A stretch of 63,896 nucleotides of DNA, filler included, from Pirum gemmata (Eukaryota), in NCBI GenBank assembly GCA_002812295.1. It is 29 parts of 29 records of this genome, joined end to end, with 100 filler letters (N's around TTAATTAATTAA, not from the genome) between each part and the next. Parts side by side here need not be neighbours in the genome. Positions count along the whole stretch, not along the records: positions 1 to 1,930 come from PDIN01009937.1; positions 2,031 to 3,799 come from PDIN01009938.1; positions 3,900 to 5,597 come from PDIN01009939.1; positions 5,698 to 7,619 come from PDIN01009940.1; positions 7,720 to 9,640 come from PDIN01009941.1; positions 9,741 to 13,875 come from PDIN01009942.1; 23 more parts are not named here. One strand, 5' to 3'. Both the position numbers and the translations under genes were made by a program. Below the pieces are notes generated by a model. The model worked only from the letters and a program-made list of their open reading frames with translations, searched no databases and had not been told where the DNA came from. Positions 1-13,572 of the stretch are shown here, one piece after another (positions within the stretch are counted from its first letter, which is position 1; each line of letters opens with the position of its first letter).

Positions 1-139
1 TAATAATAATAATAATAATAACAGATCAATAATAATAATAATAATAAAAAACACTAGTAAAAAACAGCAAGGAGTTCGTTCAAGAAACAGTTTTGAAAAC
101 AGGCAAAAAACTGAAAAAAAAAAGATAAAAAAAATAATA

Positions 140-325
140 TGATGCAAACAATTTTTAAAAGCGTCCAACTTTTGGGTTTCACTATAATTTTTAGTTTTCG
201 AACAAAGTATCATAATAAATATAATAAGTATTTTGATAGGTTTGAAATTTTGAATATAAAAAAAAAGTTGGGTCTATTTTAATTAGTAAAAAAAAAAGTA
301 GGATGTTTTTAGATTGTTTGCACCA
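140..325. mobile_element. MITE family E (TA|TGRTGCAAACAATTTTT...AAAATTGTTTGCACCA|TA); second copy at 9365-9537, end fragment at ~6683-6714
   Basis: Imperfect ~25-bp terminal inverted repeats, TA on both flanks, homologous interior in two separate fragments. Confidence 0.8.
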
Positions 326-626
326 TAATAGTACCATAATAAATGAATGAAGGGTGTTTACCTAACCTTTTTTTGTAATTATTATTTGAAAGGGCGTGAC
401 GTTTATGAACCCTTTTTGGTTTTCGCCACTTAAATGATAAGAAGGAACCTTTTGGCCAATCAAAAACAAGGAAAGATAATGAGTGTGAATGAATGGTTGG
501 TCTCTGATAGCTACCTACTACTAGACTACTAGCTAGTACTGGAAGTCTGGACTCTGGACCTACTAGCTAGCTAGTGGACCTAGTACTGGACCTGGTAGCT
601 ATTATCGATAATAGCCTACTATTAGC

Positions 627-953
627 TAACCCTAACCCTAACCCTAACCCTAAACAAAGTCCCTAACCCTAAACAAAGTCCCTAACCCTAACTCTAACTA
701 AACAAAGTCCCTAACCCTAACCCCCTAACCCTAACCCTAACCTAACCCTAACCCTAACCCCAACCCTAACCACCCTAGCCCTAACTACCCTAGCCCTAAC
801 TACCCTAACCCTAGCCCTAACCCTAACACCCTAATCCTAACAGTATCCTAAACCCTCTAACCCTAACCCTAACCCTAACCCTAAAACCCTAACCTTAATA
901 ACCCTAACCCTAAAACCCTAACCTTAATAACCCTAACCCTAGCCCTAACCCAA
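627..953 (-). repeat. Degenerate interstitial telomeric array (CCCTAA)n
   Basis: Direct reading; interspersed AAACAAAGT units. Confidence 0.95.
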
Positions 954-999
954 ACCAGTAGACGGGTCTACTACCTATAGTATCGGGAGACTTATTATA

Positions 1000-1185
1000 T
1001 CATGCTTTTCAGGTATTTTGTCGTCATAAAATATACAATAAATAGTACCAAATTAATAAAATATAAATCCATTTCATTTAATTTGGTATATTTTATTATA
1101 AATTTATTTATTTAAAAAGGATCAATTTAAATATCATAACCAACCGAATAAATATTCGGAGTAACAAAATAAATGAAAAGCACTA
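1000..1185. mobile_element. MITE family A (~185 bp; TA|TCGTGCTTTTCA...TGAAAAGCACGA|TA, Tc1/mariner-like TA target). Other full or partial copies: 6472-6671, 9566-9640, ~11310-11388, ~22645-22776, ~23164-23214, 31502-31570, 36743-36909, 54033-54147, 63539-63720, 63783-63896
   Basis: Terminal inverted repeats, TA flanks at most ends, shared interior (TACCAAATTAA...TTAATTTGGTA) across more than 8 fragments. Confidence 0.88.
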
Positions 1186-1562
1186 TGATAGTCTAGTTAC
1201 TAGTATCGTACGGGCTAGATCGTACGGGAGCGTTCAAATAATACGTCACGTCAAGGGGTAGGTAGGTATTTGGTATTTGACTGGGAATTAACCCACCAAA
1301 TAAATATTCAGAGTGATAAAATAAAGGAAAAGCACAATAATATTATCTTATTATATCACAGTAGTACATGTACACTATTAATTAAGATACTTAGTATCTG
1401 CTAGCTAGCTAGCTGATATCGATACATGTAGCTCAAGATAGTAGTAGACTAGCTAGCTAGTAGTATTTCGTACAAAAATCCATAAATAAGAATGCTAGTT
1501 GTCTTAAAAGCGTTTTTATATATATATTTAGGAATAAGGGTAGGAAGGATAAAAAGTTATAC

Positions 1563-1780
1563 TTAAGGTTAAGGTTAAGGTTATAGGAGTTTAGGGTTGG
1601 TTAGGGTTTTAGGGTTGGTTCACGGAAAGGTTATATTAATTAGGATCAGGGTTAGGGTTAGGGTTAGGGTTAGGGTTAGGGTTAGGGTTAGGGTTAGGGT
1701 TACGGTTAGAGTTCAGAGTTAGGGTTAGGGTTAGGGTTCGGATTAGGATTAGGATAAGATTAATAATAGGGTTAGGGTTG
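1563..1780 (+). repeat. Degenerate interstitial telomeric array (TTAGGG)n
   Basis: Direct reading. Confidence 0.93.
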
Positions 1781-1930
1781 AGTTTATTCAATCGAAATGA
1801 ACTTGTACTTGTTTTTCTTTTATTATTGTTTTTAAAAATATATTTGGGCAAGAATCCATTGTTTAGACTAGCTAGACTAGCTAGATATTTTTTTCAATAT
1901 AATAACAATAATAATAATAATAATAATAAT

Positions 1931-2030
1931 NNNNNNNNNNNNNNNNNNNNNNNNNNNNNNNNNNNNNNNNNNNNTTAATTAATTAANNNNNNNNNNNNNN
2001 NNNNNNNNNNNNNNNNNNNNNNNNNNNNNN
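1931..2030. other. Artificial contig linker (44N-TTAATTAATTAA-44N), first of 28. The 12-mer cores of the others start at 3844, 5642, 7664, 9685, 13920, 15956, 17981, 20001, 21993, 24043, 26077, 27965, 30015, 32045, 34071, 36121, 38170, 42019, 44069, 46088, 48119, 51735, 53785, 55784, 57837, 59886, 61935
   Basis: Identical 100-nt spacer with stops in all six frames, recurring about every 2 kb. Confidence 0.98.
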
Positions 2031-2239
2031 ACCCTAACCCTAACCCTAACCCTAACTCTAACCCTAACTTGAACCCTAACCCTAACCCTAACCCTAACTA
2101 TAATTAATAGTATGCGTAGTATTGTACTGTTTTAACACTAATATTGTCAGAATTTAAGATAATATTATTATCTTTGACATTCAGAATTTCAGAGTCGATT
2201 AATAATAATAATAATTACTTATATTAATTAATAATTAAC

Positions 2240-2422
2240 ATGGAATTGAATCTAGAAGGGTAATTATGTCAACTAAGACATCTAGATTAGGTTTTAAATC
2301 TCTTTAATCGACATCTGGATACATTTTTTTTTTTTTTTAGCAAAATAAAGGATCAAAAAAAAAATATCTTTTTAAATGATGGTTTTAAAGTCTAAANAAT
2401 ACCCTTCTAGATTCAATTCTAT
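2240..2422. mobile_element. Single-copy MITE-like element with TIR ATRGAATTGAATCTAGAAGGGTA
   Basis: 23-bp inverted repeat at 2240-2262 and 2400-2422, non-coding interior. Confidence 0.6.
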
Positions 2423-2488
2423 CTTCAACAAATAAAAAGTACGATATTTACTACGTATACTATCGACTACTACTAGTCTGCTATATAG

Positions 2489-2573
2489 GCTTTTCCCAAT
2501 TCTGCTTTGTTTAAAAAATCGAGTTTTCGAGCCTATGCATTAATTAAATAAGTTCGAAAATTTTAAACTAACA
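2489..2573. mobile_element. Dispersed repeat family G (TA|GGCTT(TT)CCCAATTCTGCTTTGTT...); inverted copy at 62437-62525
   Basis: About 85 bp of homology between two fragments, both ending at TA; only one terminus seen. Confidence 0.65.
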
Positions 2574-2819
2574 GAAAGTATTCAAGTATCATATATCTAT
2601 TTATTTATAAAGGGGGCTTTCAAATAATAATACGTCACGTCAAGGGGTAGGTAGGTAGGTGGTATTTGACAGGAAATTAACGTCGAGGGGTAGGTAAGTA
2701 GGGGTATTTGAAGCTGTATTTGACTCCCAAACCTGAAAAAATGGAAAAAATAATTTTCGAACAGGGCTTAGTCTACTACTACTTTGCCATAGGATCGCAA
2801 ACTTAAAATGATATATCCA

Positions 2820-3799
2820 ATTTTACTAAATATTTTTTCAAAATTTTCGAACTTATTTAGTTATTATGAGCTTGACAATATATATATATATAAAGAATCT
2901 TTCGAATATTTCGAATCTTTCGAATATTTCGAATCTTTCGAATCTTCCGAGTTTCACTACTGCAAAGGCGTACAACTACAACAAGCTCGACAATTATTCA
3001 CTTTCGGGCCTACGAAATATACTGAAAATATTCAATTTTTCTAAATATTTTTCAAATATTTCGAACTTATTCAGTTATTACGAGGCTTGAAAAATATAAA
3101 TTTTCGAATCATCTTTCGAATCTTCAATTATTTCTCGAGTTTCTCCATCATGTGTAAATAGTTATTATGGGCTTGACAAAAAAAAAACAAAACAAAAAAA
3201 AAACGAATCTTTCGAATCTTTTTTTTCCACATTTTCGAACTTATTCAGTTATTATGAGGCTTGAAAAATATAAATTTTCGAATCATCTTTCGAATCTTCA
3301 ATTATTTCTCGAGTTTCTCCATCATGTGTAAATATTTTTTCAAAATTTTCGAACTTATTCAGTTATTATGAGCTTGACAAAAAAAAACAAAACAAAAAGA
3401 AAAGCGAATCTTTCGAATCTTTTTTTCCACATTTTCGAACTTATTCAGTTATTATGAGGCTTGAAAAATATAAATTTTCGATTCATCTTTCGAATCTTCA
3501 ATTATTTTTCGAGTTTCTCTATTATGTGTGAAAAATACACAACTACAACAGCCCGAAAATTATTCTATTTTCGGGCCTAATAAAGATACTGAAAATTTTC
3601 TAAAGATTTTGACATTCCGATAATAGGATTTACGATACACATTATATATACAATGTCCAATTTTTCTCAACATTTTTTCCACATTTTCGAACTTATTCAA
3701 TTATTATGAGGCTTGAAAAATATAAGTTTTCGAATCATCTTTCGAATCTTCAATTATTTTTCGAGTTTCTCTATTATGTGTGAAAAATACACAACTACA
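2820..3799. repeat. Complex tandem satellite with ~180-bp higher-order units rich in TTCGAA
   Basis: Repeated block TTTTCGAACTTATTCAGTTATTATGAGGCTTGAAAAATATAAATTTTCGAATCATCTTTCGAATCTTC. Confidence 0.9.
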
Positions 3800-4669
3800 N
3801 NNNNNNNNNNNNNNNNNNNNNNNNNNNNNNNNNNNNNNNNNNNTTAATTAATTAANNNNNNNNNNNNNNNNNNNNNNNNNNNNNNNNNNNNNNNNNNNNA
3901 TAATAATAATAATAATGATAATAATGTTACCTGCTTTAACTGTATGTAGAAGTACATCATCGTTAAATAAAACGGATTCCCCTTCACTGCGAATTTTAAA
4001 CCTGGGCAAAAAGCAAAACAAATTGTCATTATCATACCACCACCACAACTTAACCACACAACCAAAACCACCACCACCATGCCCACTACCAAATTCAACT
4101 ACATGTTCATGTGTACAATTAATGAAACCACAACAATCACCATGTTATTACCACCACCACACATAACCAAAACAATCATCACCACCACCACAATAGCTTA
4201 TTTATATATACACAACGACGACAATCACCACAACTTAATCACATACACACAACGATGACAATCACCACCACCAACACAATTGAACCTCACCACCACAACA
4301 ATCAACAACAACAACTTAACTGCAACAATCACCACCACCACCACCACCGTAGCCCAACACCAACACCACCACCACCACCAACCAACCCTAACCCCATCAT
4401 CAACAACTTTGTGAGAAAATATATAAACCGAGTTGTTCTAATAATATACTGTATTACATTATATTATTTTATTATTATCATAATTACCATTATTATTTTT
4501 ACATAAAAATAATAATATATATTTATATACAACATATTAATAGCCCAAGAACAAACATACTGTATCGATTTACTTAATTTTTTATCATAATAATAATTAT
4601 TTAAAAAAAAACAATTCTAATTTCGACCAGTTAATTCAATTTTTAATAACATTTATAACCATTATAAAA

Positions 4670-4949
4670 AGTTTTATTTTCGCTGCTACTAGACATCCCA
4701 GATATGATTTTCGCTGCTTCAGTTGCGTCTACGTTAGTATTAACTTTGCCTATAAACCTTTTGTATCGCATTTCATCCACCTCTTAATCATCTTCTGGCC
4801 CGATTCTTCGAGCAATAAGAAGTTGATCGATAGATTCTTTTGAGAGTATATTATGGGTATCATCGTCATTATCATATAATAAAACATAATCGAAAATCGA
4901 AACATAATACTCGAAATGCTCTGAAAATAATTAATGCTTTTAATAAAAT
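4670..4949 (-). pseudogene. Frameshifted tandem duplicate of the 3' half of the preceding exon
   Basis: 4688-4935 is near-identical to 5027-5275 with indels. Confidence 0.85.
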
Positions 4950-5467
4950 TTATAACCATTTAAGTTGTACTTTCAATTCGTCAATTAATTTTTCTTTTTC
5001 ATAAAAATTTGAATTCTCCTGGTAATAACTAGACATCCCAGATATGATTTTCGCTGCTTCAGTTGCGTCTACGTTAGTATTAACTTTGCCTATAAACCTT
5101 TTGTATCGCATTTCATCCACCTCCAAATCATCTTCTGGCCCGATTTTTCGAGCAATAAGAAGTGGGTCGCTAGATTCTTTTGAGAGTATATTATGGGTAT
5201 CATCGTCATTATCATATAATAAAACATAATCGAAAATCGAAACATAATACTCGAAATGCTTTGAGAATAATTGATGGGATCGAAGTTGCGATTTGATAGG
5301 AACCCCACGCCCGGTAATGATTTTGCGTGTTATGCCACGTTTTACGGCAGTTTCCCCTCTCGTGGTGACTCCGACCAAAATTATTCGATAAGATTGATAA
5401 GGAGAGGGCAGGGTTTTATCTTTTTTCCAATATAACTCCACACCTGTATCGGTACAATACCCAGGAC
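4950..5467 (-). CDS. Terminal exon of a hypothetical protein (GPGYCTDTGVELYWKKDKTLPSPY...LKVQLKWL*)
   Basis: Open frame of ~170 aa with normal composition; AAG acceptor at 5468-5470 after an AT-rich intron; TAA stop; no family recognised. Confidence 0.6.
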
Positions 5468-8400
5468 CTTTTATATATATGTATTGTTGTTAATTATTAT
5501 TATTATTATTAATTGTTTTTATTATTATTAATTGTTTTTATTATTATTATTAATTGTTATTGTTATTAATTGTTATTATTATTATTACTTATTATTANNN
5601 NNNNNNNNNNNNNNNNNNNNNNNNNNNNNNNNNNNNNNNNNTTAATTAATTAANNNNNNNNNNNNNNNNNNNNNNNNNNNNNNNNNNNNNNNNNNNNATT
5701 AGTTTTATAGTTTAGAAAAAATTTTTTTTTGGCGAAGTTCGCTTACTAATTAAAATTCTATACGCCACGACTTGTATCGTGCTTTAATTAAAAAAAAAAA
5801 AAAAAAAAAAAAACTAAAGACTCTAAAGACCTAAAGACATTGATCTCTGAAGTTGAACCAATCACAAAATCAACTTACGAAAATTTACAACTATTTGGTG
5901 GCAAATAGACAATGGGGATTGGGGAAGCCAAAAATAATGACAGAAATTAGTATTCAAAGTTTAATTTCAAATTACCCAATATAAAATTATAAATACGTTA
6001 AAGGTAACAGCAAGGTAATACAGGACCAGTCACAGATCTATTGGAATTTGGGAAACCTCAAACTTTGCTTTTCAATTGGCTGAAATGTATGGAATTGGTT
6101 GTCTATTAACTAAAAAGGCTACTACGGCGTATTACTGCAGTACTGTAGCGGCACTACTAGCTTACTGAGTCATACTGAGTTCCCACTTCAGCCAGGACCC
6201 AGCTCCCTTGACCAATGACTATGCAGCCTATGCTGCTTGACCTTTAGGCTTAGTATTAGTGTTAGTCTAGTATAATAGTAGTATTAGTATTGAGAGTATT
6301 AGTATTAGTATTTGTATTTTAATACTACTACTAGTGTTGGTATTGGTATTAGTATTAGTATTAGTATTGTGAGTATTCGTAATTAGTATTAGTAATAATG
6401 TTACTACTAGCTAGGCTGCTTGATATAACCTTGACTAGACTATCTTGTCTATACATAGCCTTTTAGAGGTATTGTGTTTTTCATTTATTTTGTCACTCTG
6501 AATATTTATTTGGTTGTTTATAATATTTAAATTGATATTTTCAAATAAATAAATATATAATAAAATATACCAAATTAAATGAAATGGATTTATATAGTAT
6601 TAATTTGGTACTATTTATTGTATATTTTATGATGACAAAATAACTGAAAAGCCTAGACTGAAAAGCACAGATAGTCTACTTAGACGTTTTTTTAAAAAAA
6701 CTGTTTTCACCATATGATTATCATATGATATCCATTCCAGGATTTTTTTTTTTTTTGATGAAGTCAGAGCACTCCAACACCAGTAGCCTCCTCCTACCTA
6801 TATATTATAATATAACAACGATAGCAAATTTAAAAGTTTGTATAATCCAATTATATTGCAAATCCAATTCCAAAAACTCATAAACGAACGAATTAAAAAC
6901 AACTCTAAATTAAAAAACAGCTACCAATCATTCAATGATTATTAATAATATAATATAATATATTGGATTTGATTTCTGCAATATCATTGTGCAACAATAC
7001 AGACGTAGAGAAGATGTCTTTATGATTTACCAATATGATACTTGAATCAATAATATTAATGTATTTTAAAATGTTAGTTAACGCTGTATACGCATGTATA
7101 TTATTATTATTATTATTTCTTTAATTATATATTAATATTACTACGCGATACTATGGTGCTTTTACACCTACAACAAAACGCTAATTCTAACGCTAATGCT
7201 AAATTATAACCCAAGCTGACCCTAACTCTAACTAACTAACCCCATAGCCCTACGTACTAATCTAAATCCTAACCCTTCTAACCCTAACCCTAACGCTCCA
7301 ATTCCTAGATATGGTACGGAGACCAAGAAAGTTAATTGGAAAAATATTATTATATAAATTATCAAAATTGAAATGAAGACACTTCGTTAAATTTAGTTTG
7401 CAGAAACATTATAATAACATTTAATTTTAAATAAATAAATAAATAAATGCAATAATAATATTAATATAATTATATATCGATTTCACTTAATTAATTAAAA
7501 ACCAAAAAACGAAAAAACCAAAAAATAACAAAATAATAAAATAACAAAATATGAATAGCAAACTGTATATTATAATGTATAATAAAAAACCAAAAAACCA
7601 AAAAACCAAAAAACCAAAANNNNNNNNNNNNNNNNNNNNNNNNNNNNNNNNNNNNNNNNNNNNTTAATTAATTAANNNNNNNNNNNNNNNNNNNNNNNNN
7701 NNNNNNNNNNNNNNNNNNNTTTTTTTTTTTTTTTTTTTTTTTTCAAGTGGTTTCGTCAACATACCCCCTGCATGAGTCCTGCGTGGTACCAGTTAAGGTA
7801 CCATTACCTGAAATTTTCAATCGAAAATATGCTAGGCATGATACTTTCGGGGCAAAGCCTAATGGGGGAAGAAAAAAAACTCTCCAAAAAAAAAGTTTTC
7901 CCCACCACTTAGAGTATTGGTACTCTCTTCATCGTTTTTGAAGCCAATGGAAGTCCCCAGTCCAATTGATGAAATAAAAAAAAGTCTTCCATTGGTTTAC
8001 CTATTTTTACGTTTGTAATATTTGTAATTGTGTGTGTGTGAAAAAAAAAAAAAANNNNNNNNNNNNNNNNNNNNNNNNNNNNNNNNNNNNNNNNNNNNNN
8101 NNNNNNNNNNNNNNNNNNNNNNNNNNNNNNNNNNNNNNNNNNNNNNNNNNNNNNNNNNNNNNNNNNNNNNNNNNNNNNNNNNNNNNNNNNNNNNNNNNNN
8201 NNTTTAAAAAGAGTTCATTATACTATTTATAGTAACTTTAGGCAAATTTCTGGAAGTTCGCCGGTCCGAGCATCCAATTGGTAAGATGACGTCATCTCAT
8301 CCCTCCTATAGTAGTATATAATAATTATGCATTATAATATTATGTGCTTAGTTCATGACACCTGCCTGCTAGCTAGCTAGCTAGGTCAAGGCTAGTTATC

Positions 8401-8705
8401 ATCCTACTGCTCTTATGTGATATGTTCGAGTGGGTGGTGGTGGTGGTGGTGGTGATGGTGGTGGCTGTTGTTTGTGTTAGATGCCTAGCATTAGATTAGA
8501 CTACATGTATTAGTCTTTCTAAAGGGGTTATCTTATATATATATATATATATAATTATATATATAGGTGGTGTTTGAGTGGGTGGTGGTGGTGGTGATGG
8601 TGGTGGTTACTGCTGCATTAGATGCTGGGTATTAGGTTTTTGGTGTTATAAATCATATGTTAGGTTTTTGGTATGGATATATATAGACTATATTATATAA
8701 ACATT

Positions 8706-8908
8706 AGGGAACATTCATTAATGACGTCATCATAAAACACCAAATTTTCTGCAACAATCTTTCGTCTCCATGACTTTTTAGATCCTATCAGATGAAAATT
8801 ATAAGCCTTCAGATTGCAATATAAAAGAGTAATATAAGCAAATCTCGAAAAAGGATATGACCCCCACATCATAATTTATTCATATTTTCAAAAAAAGTGA
8901 TGTTCCCT
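8706..8908. mobile_element. MITE-like element with TIR AGGGAACAT; related interior at ~63170-63280
   Basis: Short inverted termini; shared AAGCYTTCAGATTRCAAT...AAATCTYGAAAAAGGATAT interior. Confidence 0.5.
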
Positions 8909-9740
8909 TGGAATGGTGTTGCAAACTTGCAGATAGTGTACTTTATACTTAGCAAGTCTACTAAAGTAAAGTACTATTGATACTAAAGACTTATTAAAAA
9001 ATACTAAAACTTTACTAAAGTCAAAGTTTCTAGCAGGGGAATTTTTTTTTTCTATGGCTTTTTTTTTTTTTTTTGGTTTTTTAATATTATTGGTTAAAAG
9101 AACAAGATTTTTTAAAATAGAATTGTATTTCCAATTATTTGGAAATCAAATTCTTTTATGTAATGTAATTGTGTAATTATTTGTGTTATGTAATTGTGTA
9201 ATTATTTGTTTTATGATATAGCGCTCTGTAGTACTGTCTGTAATGCTCTGTAATGTCTATATAAAAGACTCTGACACTCTCTAGAAGGCCTGTAATTGCA
9301 CGAAGTGGGGGGCATAGCCGCATAGGACCAAATTTGTAAGTTTATTCTAAATTTAGACAATATATAGTGCAAACCATTTAAAAACGTCCAACTTTTTGGG
9401 GTTCAATATAATTTTTAGTTTTCAAACATAAGTAATGTAATAGGTATTTAATAGGTTTGAAATTTTAGAACATAAAAAAGGTGGTCTTTTTAATTAGTAA
9501 ACAAAAGTAGACGTTTTTTTAAAAATTGTTTGTACCATATAATTTCATAGTCTAAGTACCTAATATAGTGCTTTTCATTTGTTTTGTCATCATAAAATAT
9601 ACAATAAATAGTACCAAATTAATACAATATACATCCATTTNNNNNNNNNNNNNNNNNNNNNNNNNNNNNNNNNNNNNNNNNNNNTTAATTAATTAANNNN
9701 NNNNNNNNNNNNNNNNNNNNNNNNNNNNNNNNNNNNNNNN

Positions 9741-9780
<40 letters not shown>

Positions 9781-9948
9781 AAGCTGGAGCCATTTCCACA
9801 ATATCATCGTAAATGTCATTAACAATTTTAACAATTGGTGAAACAGAATTTTAAGAAATTCTGAAGAAGAAGTTCTTGAAGATGAAGAAGTCTTGAAGAA
9901 GAAGAGTAGTAGTTATTATTAATATTTTTTTTGTAATGTTGCTGATTA

Positions 9949-11284
9949 AACCCTAACCCTAACCCTGGATCTAAATCTAACCCTAACCCTTGCCCTTAAC
10001 CTAACCCTAACCCTTGCCCTTAACCTAACCCTAACCCTTGCCCTTAACCTAACCCTAACCCTTGCCCTTAACCCAACCCTAACCCTGACCCTAACCCTGA
10101 CCCTAACCCTTACCCTAACCCTTACCCTAACCCTTACCCTAACCCTTACCCTTACCCTAACCCTAACCCTTACCCNACCCTAACCCTAACCCTAACCCTA
10201 ACCCTTACCTTAACCCTAACCCTAACCCTAACCCTAACCCTAACCTTAACCCTAACCCTAACCCATTATTTTTTCAGGCATGGTTATATGTTTTAGACAT
10301 ACTTACGCGATGGTTTCTCATTTTGGGTTTCACCTTAACGTTATTATTCATTGTTTTGATGCTATAATTGTTTTCGTGTTGGCAGGTTTTCCTTAACCCT
10401 AACCCTAACCTTAACCCTAACCCTAACCCTAACCCTAACCCTAACCCTAACCCTAACCCTAACCCTAACCTTAACCTTAACCTTAACCCTAACCCTAACC
10501 TTAACCCTAACCCTAACCCTAACCCTAACCTTTGCTTTTTTAACCAACTCCGAGCAGGTGCTGTATGTTTAGCTCTTACTATTTTGGCCTTTTTCCAAAT
10601 GAAATCAATACTACTTAACCAAACTGAAGTTGAAAGCTGGATTTGTAAAAAGGTATTTTTATACACATATTACCTTTAAACCTAACCCTAACCCTAACGC
10701 TAACCCTGACCCTGACCCTGACCCTAACGCTAACACTAAAGAAAACGCTAACGCTAAAGAAAACGCTAACGCTAAAGAAAACGCTAACGCTAACGCTAAC
10801 GCTAACCCTAGCCCTAACGCTAACGCTAACCCTAAACCCTAACCCTATGTACACATATAACCTTAAACCACAATCTTTACCATTACCATGGCCATGACCA
10901 TCAACATGATCATCACCTAACCCACCATAATATAACCCTAACTCTAACCCTAACCTTACTTAACCTGAACCTTAACCGTAACCTTAACCTTAACCCTAAC
11001 CCTAAACTTAACCTTAACCCTAATCCTAACCCTAATCCTAACCCTAATCCTAACCCTAACCTTAACCCTAACCCTAACCCTAACTTGATCCCTAACCCTA
11101 ACCCTAACTTGAACCCTGACCCTAACCTGAACTCTAACCCTAACCTGAACCCTACCCCGAACTCTAACCCAAACTCTAACCCTAACCTGAACCCTAACCC
11201 TAACCCTAACCCTAACCCTAACCCTAACCCTAACCTTAACCTTAACCTTAACCCTAACCCTAACCCTAACCCTAACCCTAACCC
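9949..11284 (-). repeat. Cluster of degenerate (CCCTAA)n arrays (9949-10264, 10392-10529, 10678-10846, 10935-11284)
   Basis: Direct reading; variants CCTTAA, CGCTAA, CCCTGA, CCTGAA. Confidence 0.95.
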
Positions 11285-11664
11285 NTCTACACCAAAGTTT
11301 TGTCAAATGATTCATTTAAAAATGTCAACTTAAATATTATAACCAACCAAATAAATACTCAGAGTGACAAAATAAATGAAACGCACTATAAAAATTATTA
11401 AGGTTAAACTATCAGGCACGTCAATTAGTCAAGCCGGAGGTCAAAGCTAACTGGCGACACGCGAAAAGTTGGTGGGAGTCTGAATTTGTTAGGGTTAGGG
11501 TTAGGGGTTAGGGTTAGGGTTAGGGTTAGGGTTAGGGATCAACGGGTCGGGTCCAACGTACTAGCTAAAAATGAAAAAAAAAAATTAAGAAAAAGTCATA
11601 CTAGTGAAAGATATTATTTATTTTAAAGTTTCGATACCCGCCGATAACGTAGCCATCAAAAAAA

Positions 11665-11717
11665 GGGGCGAACACGGGAATCGAACCCGTTTCCCCCGAG
11701 TTTCAATCGGATGCCTG
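11665..11717 (-). pseudogene. tRNA-like 3' half (anticodon loop TTGAAAC = GAA/Phe, T-arm ACGGG-TTCGATT-CCCGT) followed by a T-run
   Basis: Perfect T-arm/B-box and an anticodon stem; the 5' acceptor strand is missing. Confidence 0.55.
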
Positions 11718-11949
11718 TTTAAATTAATTTGATTTTTTCTACTTAATGTTGTATTTTATAAACGAGTTCAAATAACACTTGAGCAGTACCAAATTAAGTA
11801 TTGAGAGGACAACTGTAATGAAATGGACGATAGTAATATTTATTTTGATGACTCTCTTACTAATAATAATTTTTATATTAATTATTAACATAAATAATAA
11901 TAAAATAATAATAATAANNNNNATGATGATGATGATAATGATGATGGTG

Positions 11950-11987
<38 letters not shown>

Positions 11988-11989
11988 AT

Positions 11990-13570
11990 AACTAATACTT
12001 TAATAATAATACTAATAATATACTAATAGTGATTTATAATACTATAGCTAATACTTTGATATCGATATTATTAATACTAATTAATAATAATGATAATACT
12101 AATACTAATAATATACTAATAGTAATTTATAATACTATAGCTAATACTAATAATATAGTAATAGTAATTTATAATAATATAGCTAATACTTTAATACTAA
12201 TACTAATAATACACTAATAATGATTTATAATACCATAGCTAATATTTTGATATCAATATTATTAATAATAATGATAATGATAATACTAATACTAATAATA
12301 TACTAATAGCAATTTATAATACTATAGCTAATACTAATAATATACTAATAGTAATTTATAATAATATAGCTAATACTTTAATACGAATACTAATAATATA
12401 CTAAAAATGATTTATAATACTATAGCTAATACTGTGATATCAATATTATTAATATTAATAAGAATGATAGTACTAATAGTAATTTATAATACTATAGCTA
12501 ATACTAATAATATACTAATAGTAATTTATAATACTATAGCTAATACTTTAATAATAATAATACTAATAATATGCTAATAGTGATTTATAATACTATAGCT
12601 AATACTTTGATATCGATATTATAAATATAAATATTATATTTTTAAATTAATATAATATTATGTTAGTATATTTAATTTAATTTGGTGTAAGTGAAAAGGT
12701 TTGAGGTATTTTTTTATATTATAGGAACATATTTTGTATTATTCCTCAAACCTTTTAACTCATACTAATCAAATTATATAATACTAACAATAATTTAAAA
12801 ATATAATAATTAATAATAATGATAATACTAATACTACTAATATACTAATAGTAATTTATAATACTATAGCTAATACTTGATATTAATAATTTTAATATTT
12901 TAATATTAATATCAATTAGTATTAATTATAATATTATTAATACTAATACTAATATAAAGTACGAATCCTAATACTAATACTAATATTAATATTAATATTA
13001 ATATTAATACTAACTAATATTAATATTAATACTAATTAATTATATTAATGCTAATAATATTAATATTAATATATACTAAAACTAATACTAATACAAGTAT
13101 AATACTAATACTAATACTAATGCTAATACTAATACTAATACTAATGCTAATACTAATACTGATACTAATTAATAATAATAATAGTAATAATACTAATACT
13201 AATTAATAATAATAATAATAATAATAATACTATTTTATACTAACACTAATACTAATAATAATACCAATGCTAATACTAATACTAATATTAATACTAATAC
13301 TAATACTAACACTAATACTAATATTAGTACTAATATTAATATCAATAATAATACTAATACTAATACTAATACTAATACTAACACCATGCCAATACTAATA
13401 CTAATACTAATACTAATACTAACACTAATACTAACACTAACACTAACACTAACACTAACACTAACACTAATACTAACACTAACAATAATAACACTAACAC
13501 TAATACTGACACTAACACTAATGCTAATACCAATACTAACACTAATACCAATACTAATACTAATACTAAT
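11990..13570. repeat. AT-rich minisatellite (TTTATAATACTATAGCTAATACT units) grading into (TACTAA/CACTAA)n, probably intronic; contains a foldback at ~12640-12810
   Basis: Direct reading. Confidence 0.85.
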
Positions 13571-13572
13571 AG

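Noticed and set aside
7747..7941. 64-aa ORF / structured RNA with a TGGTACC hairpin
   Set aside because: No recognisable protein or RNA motif; single short hairpin
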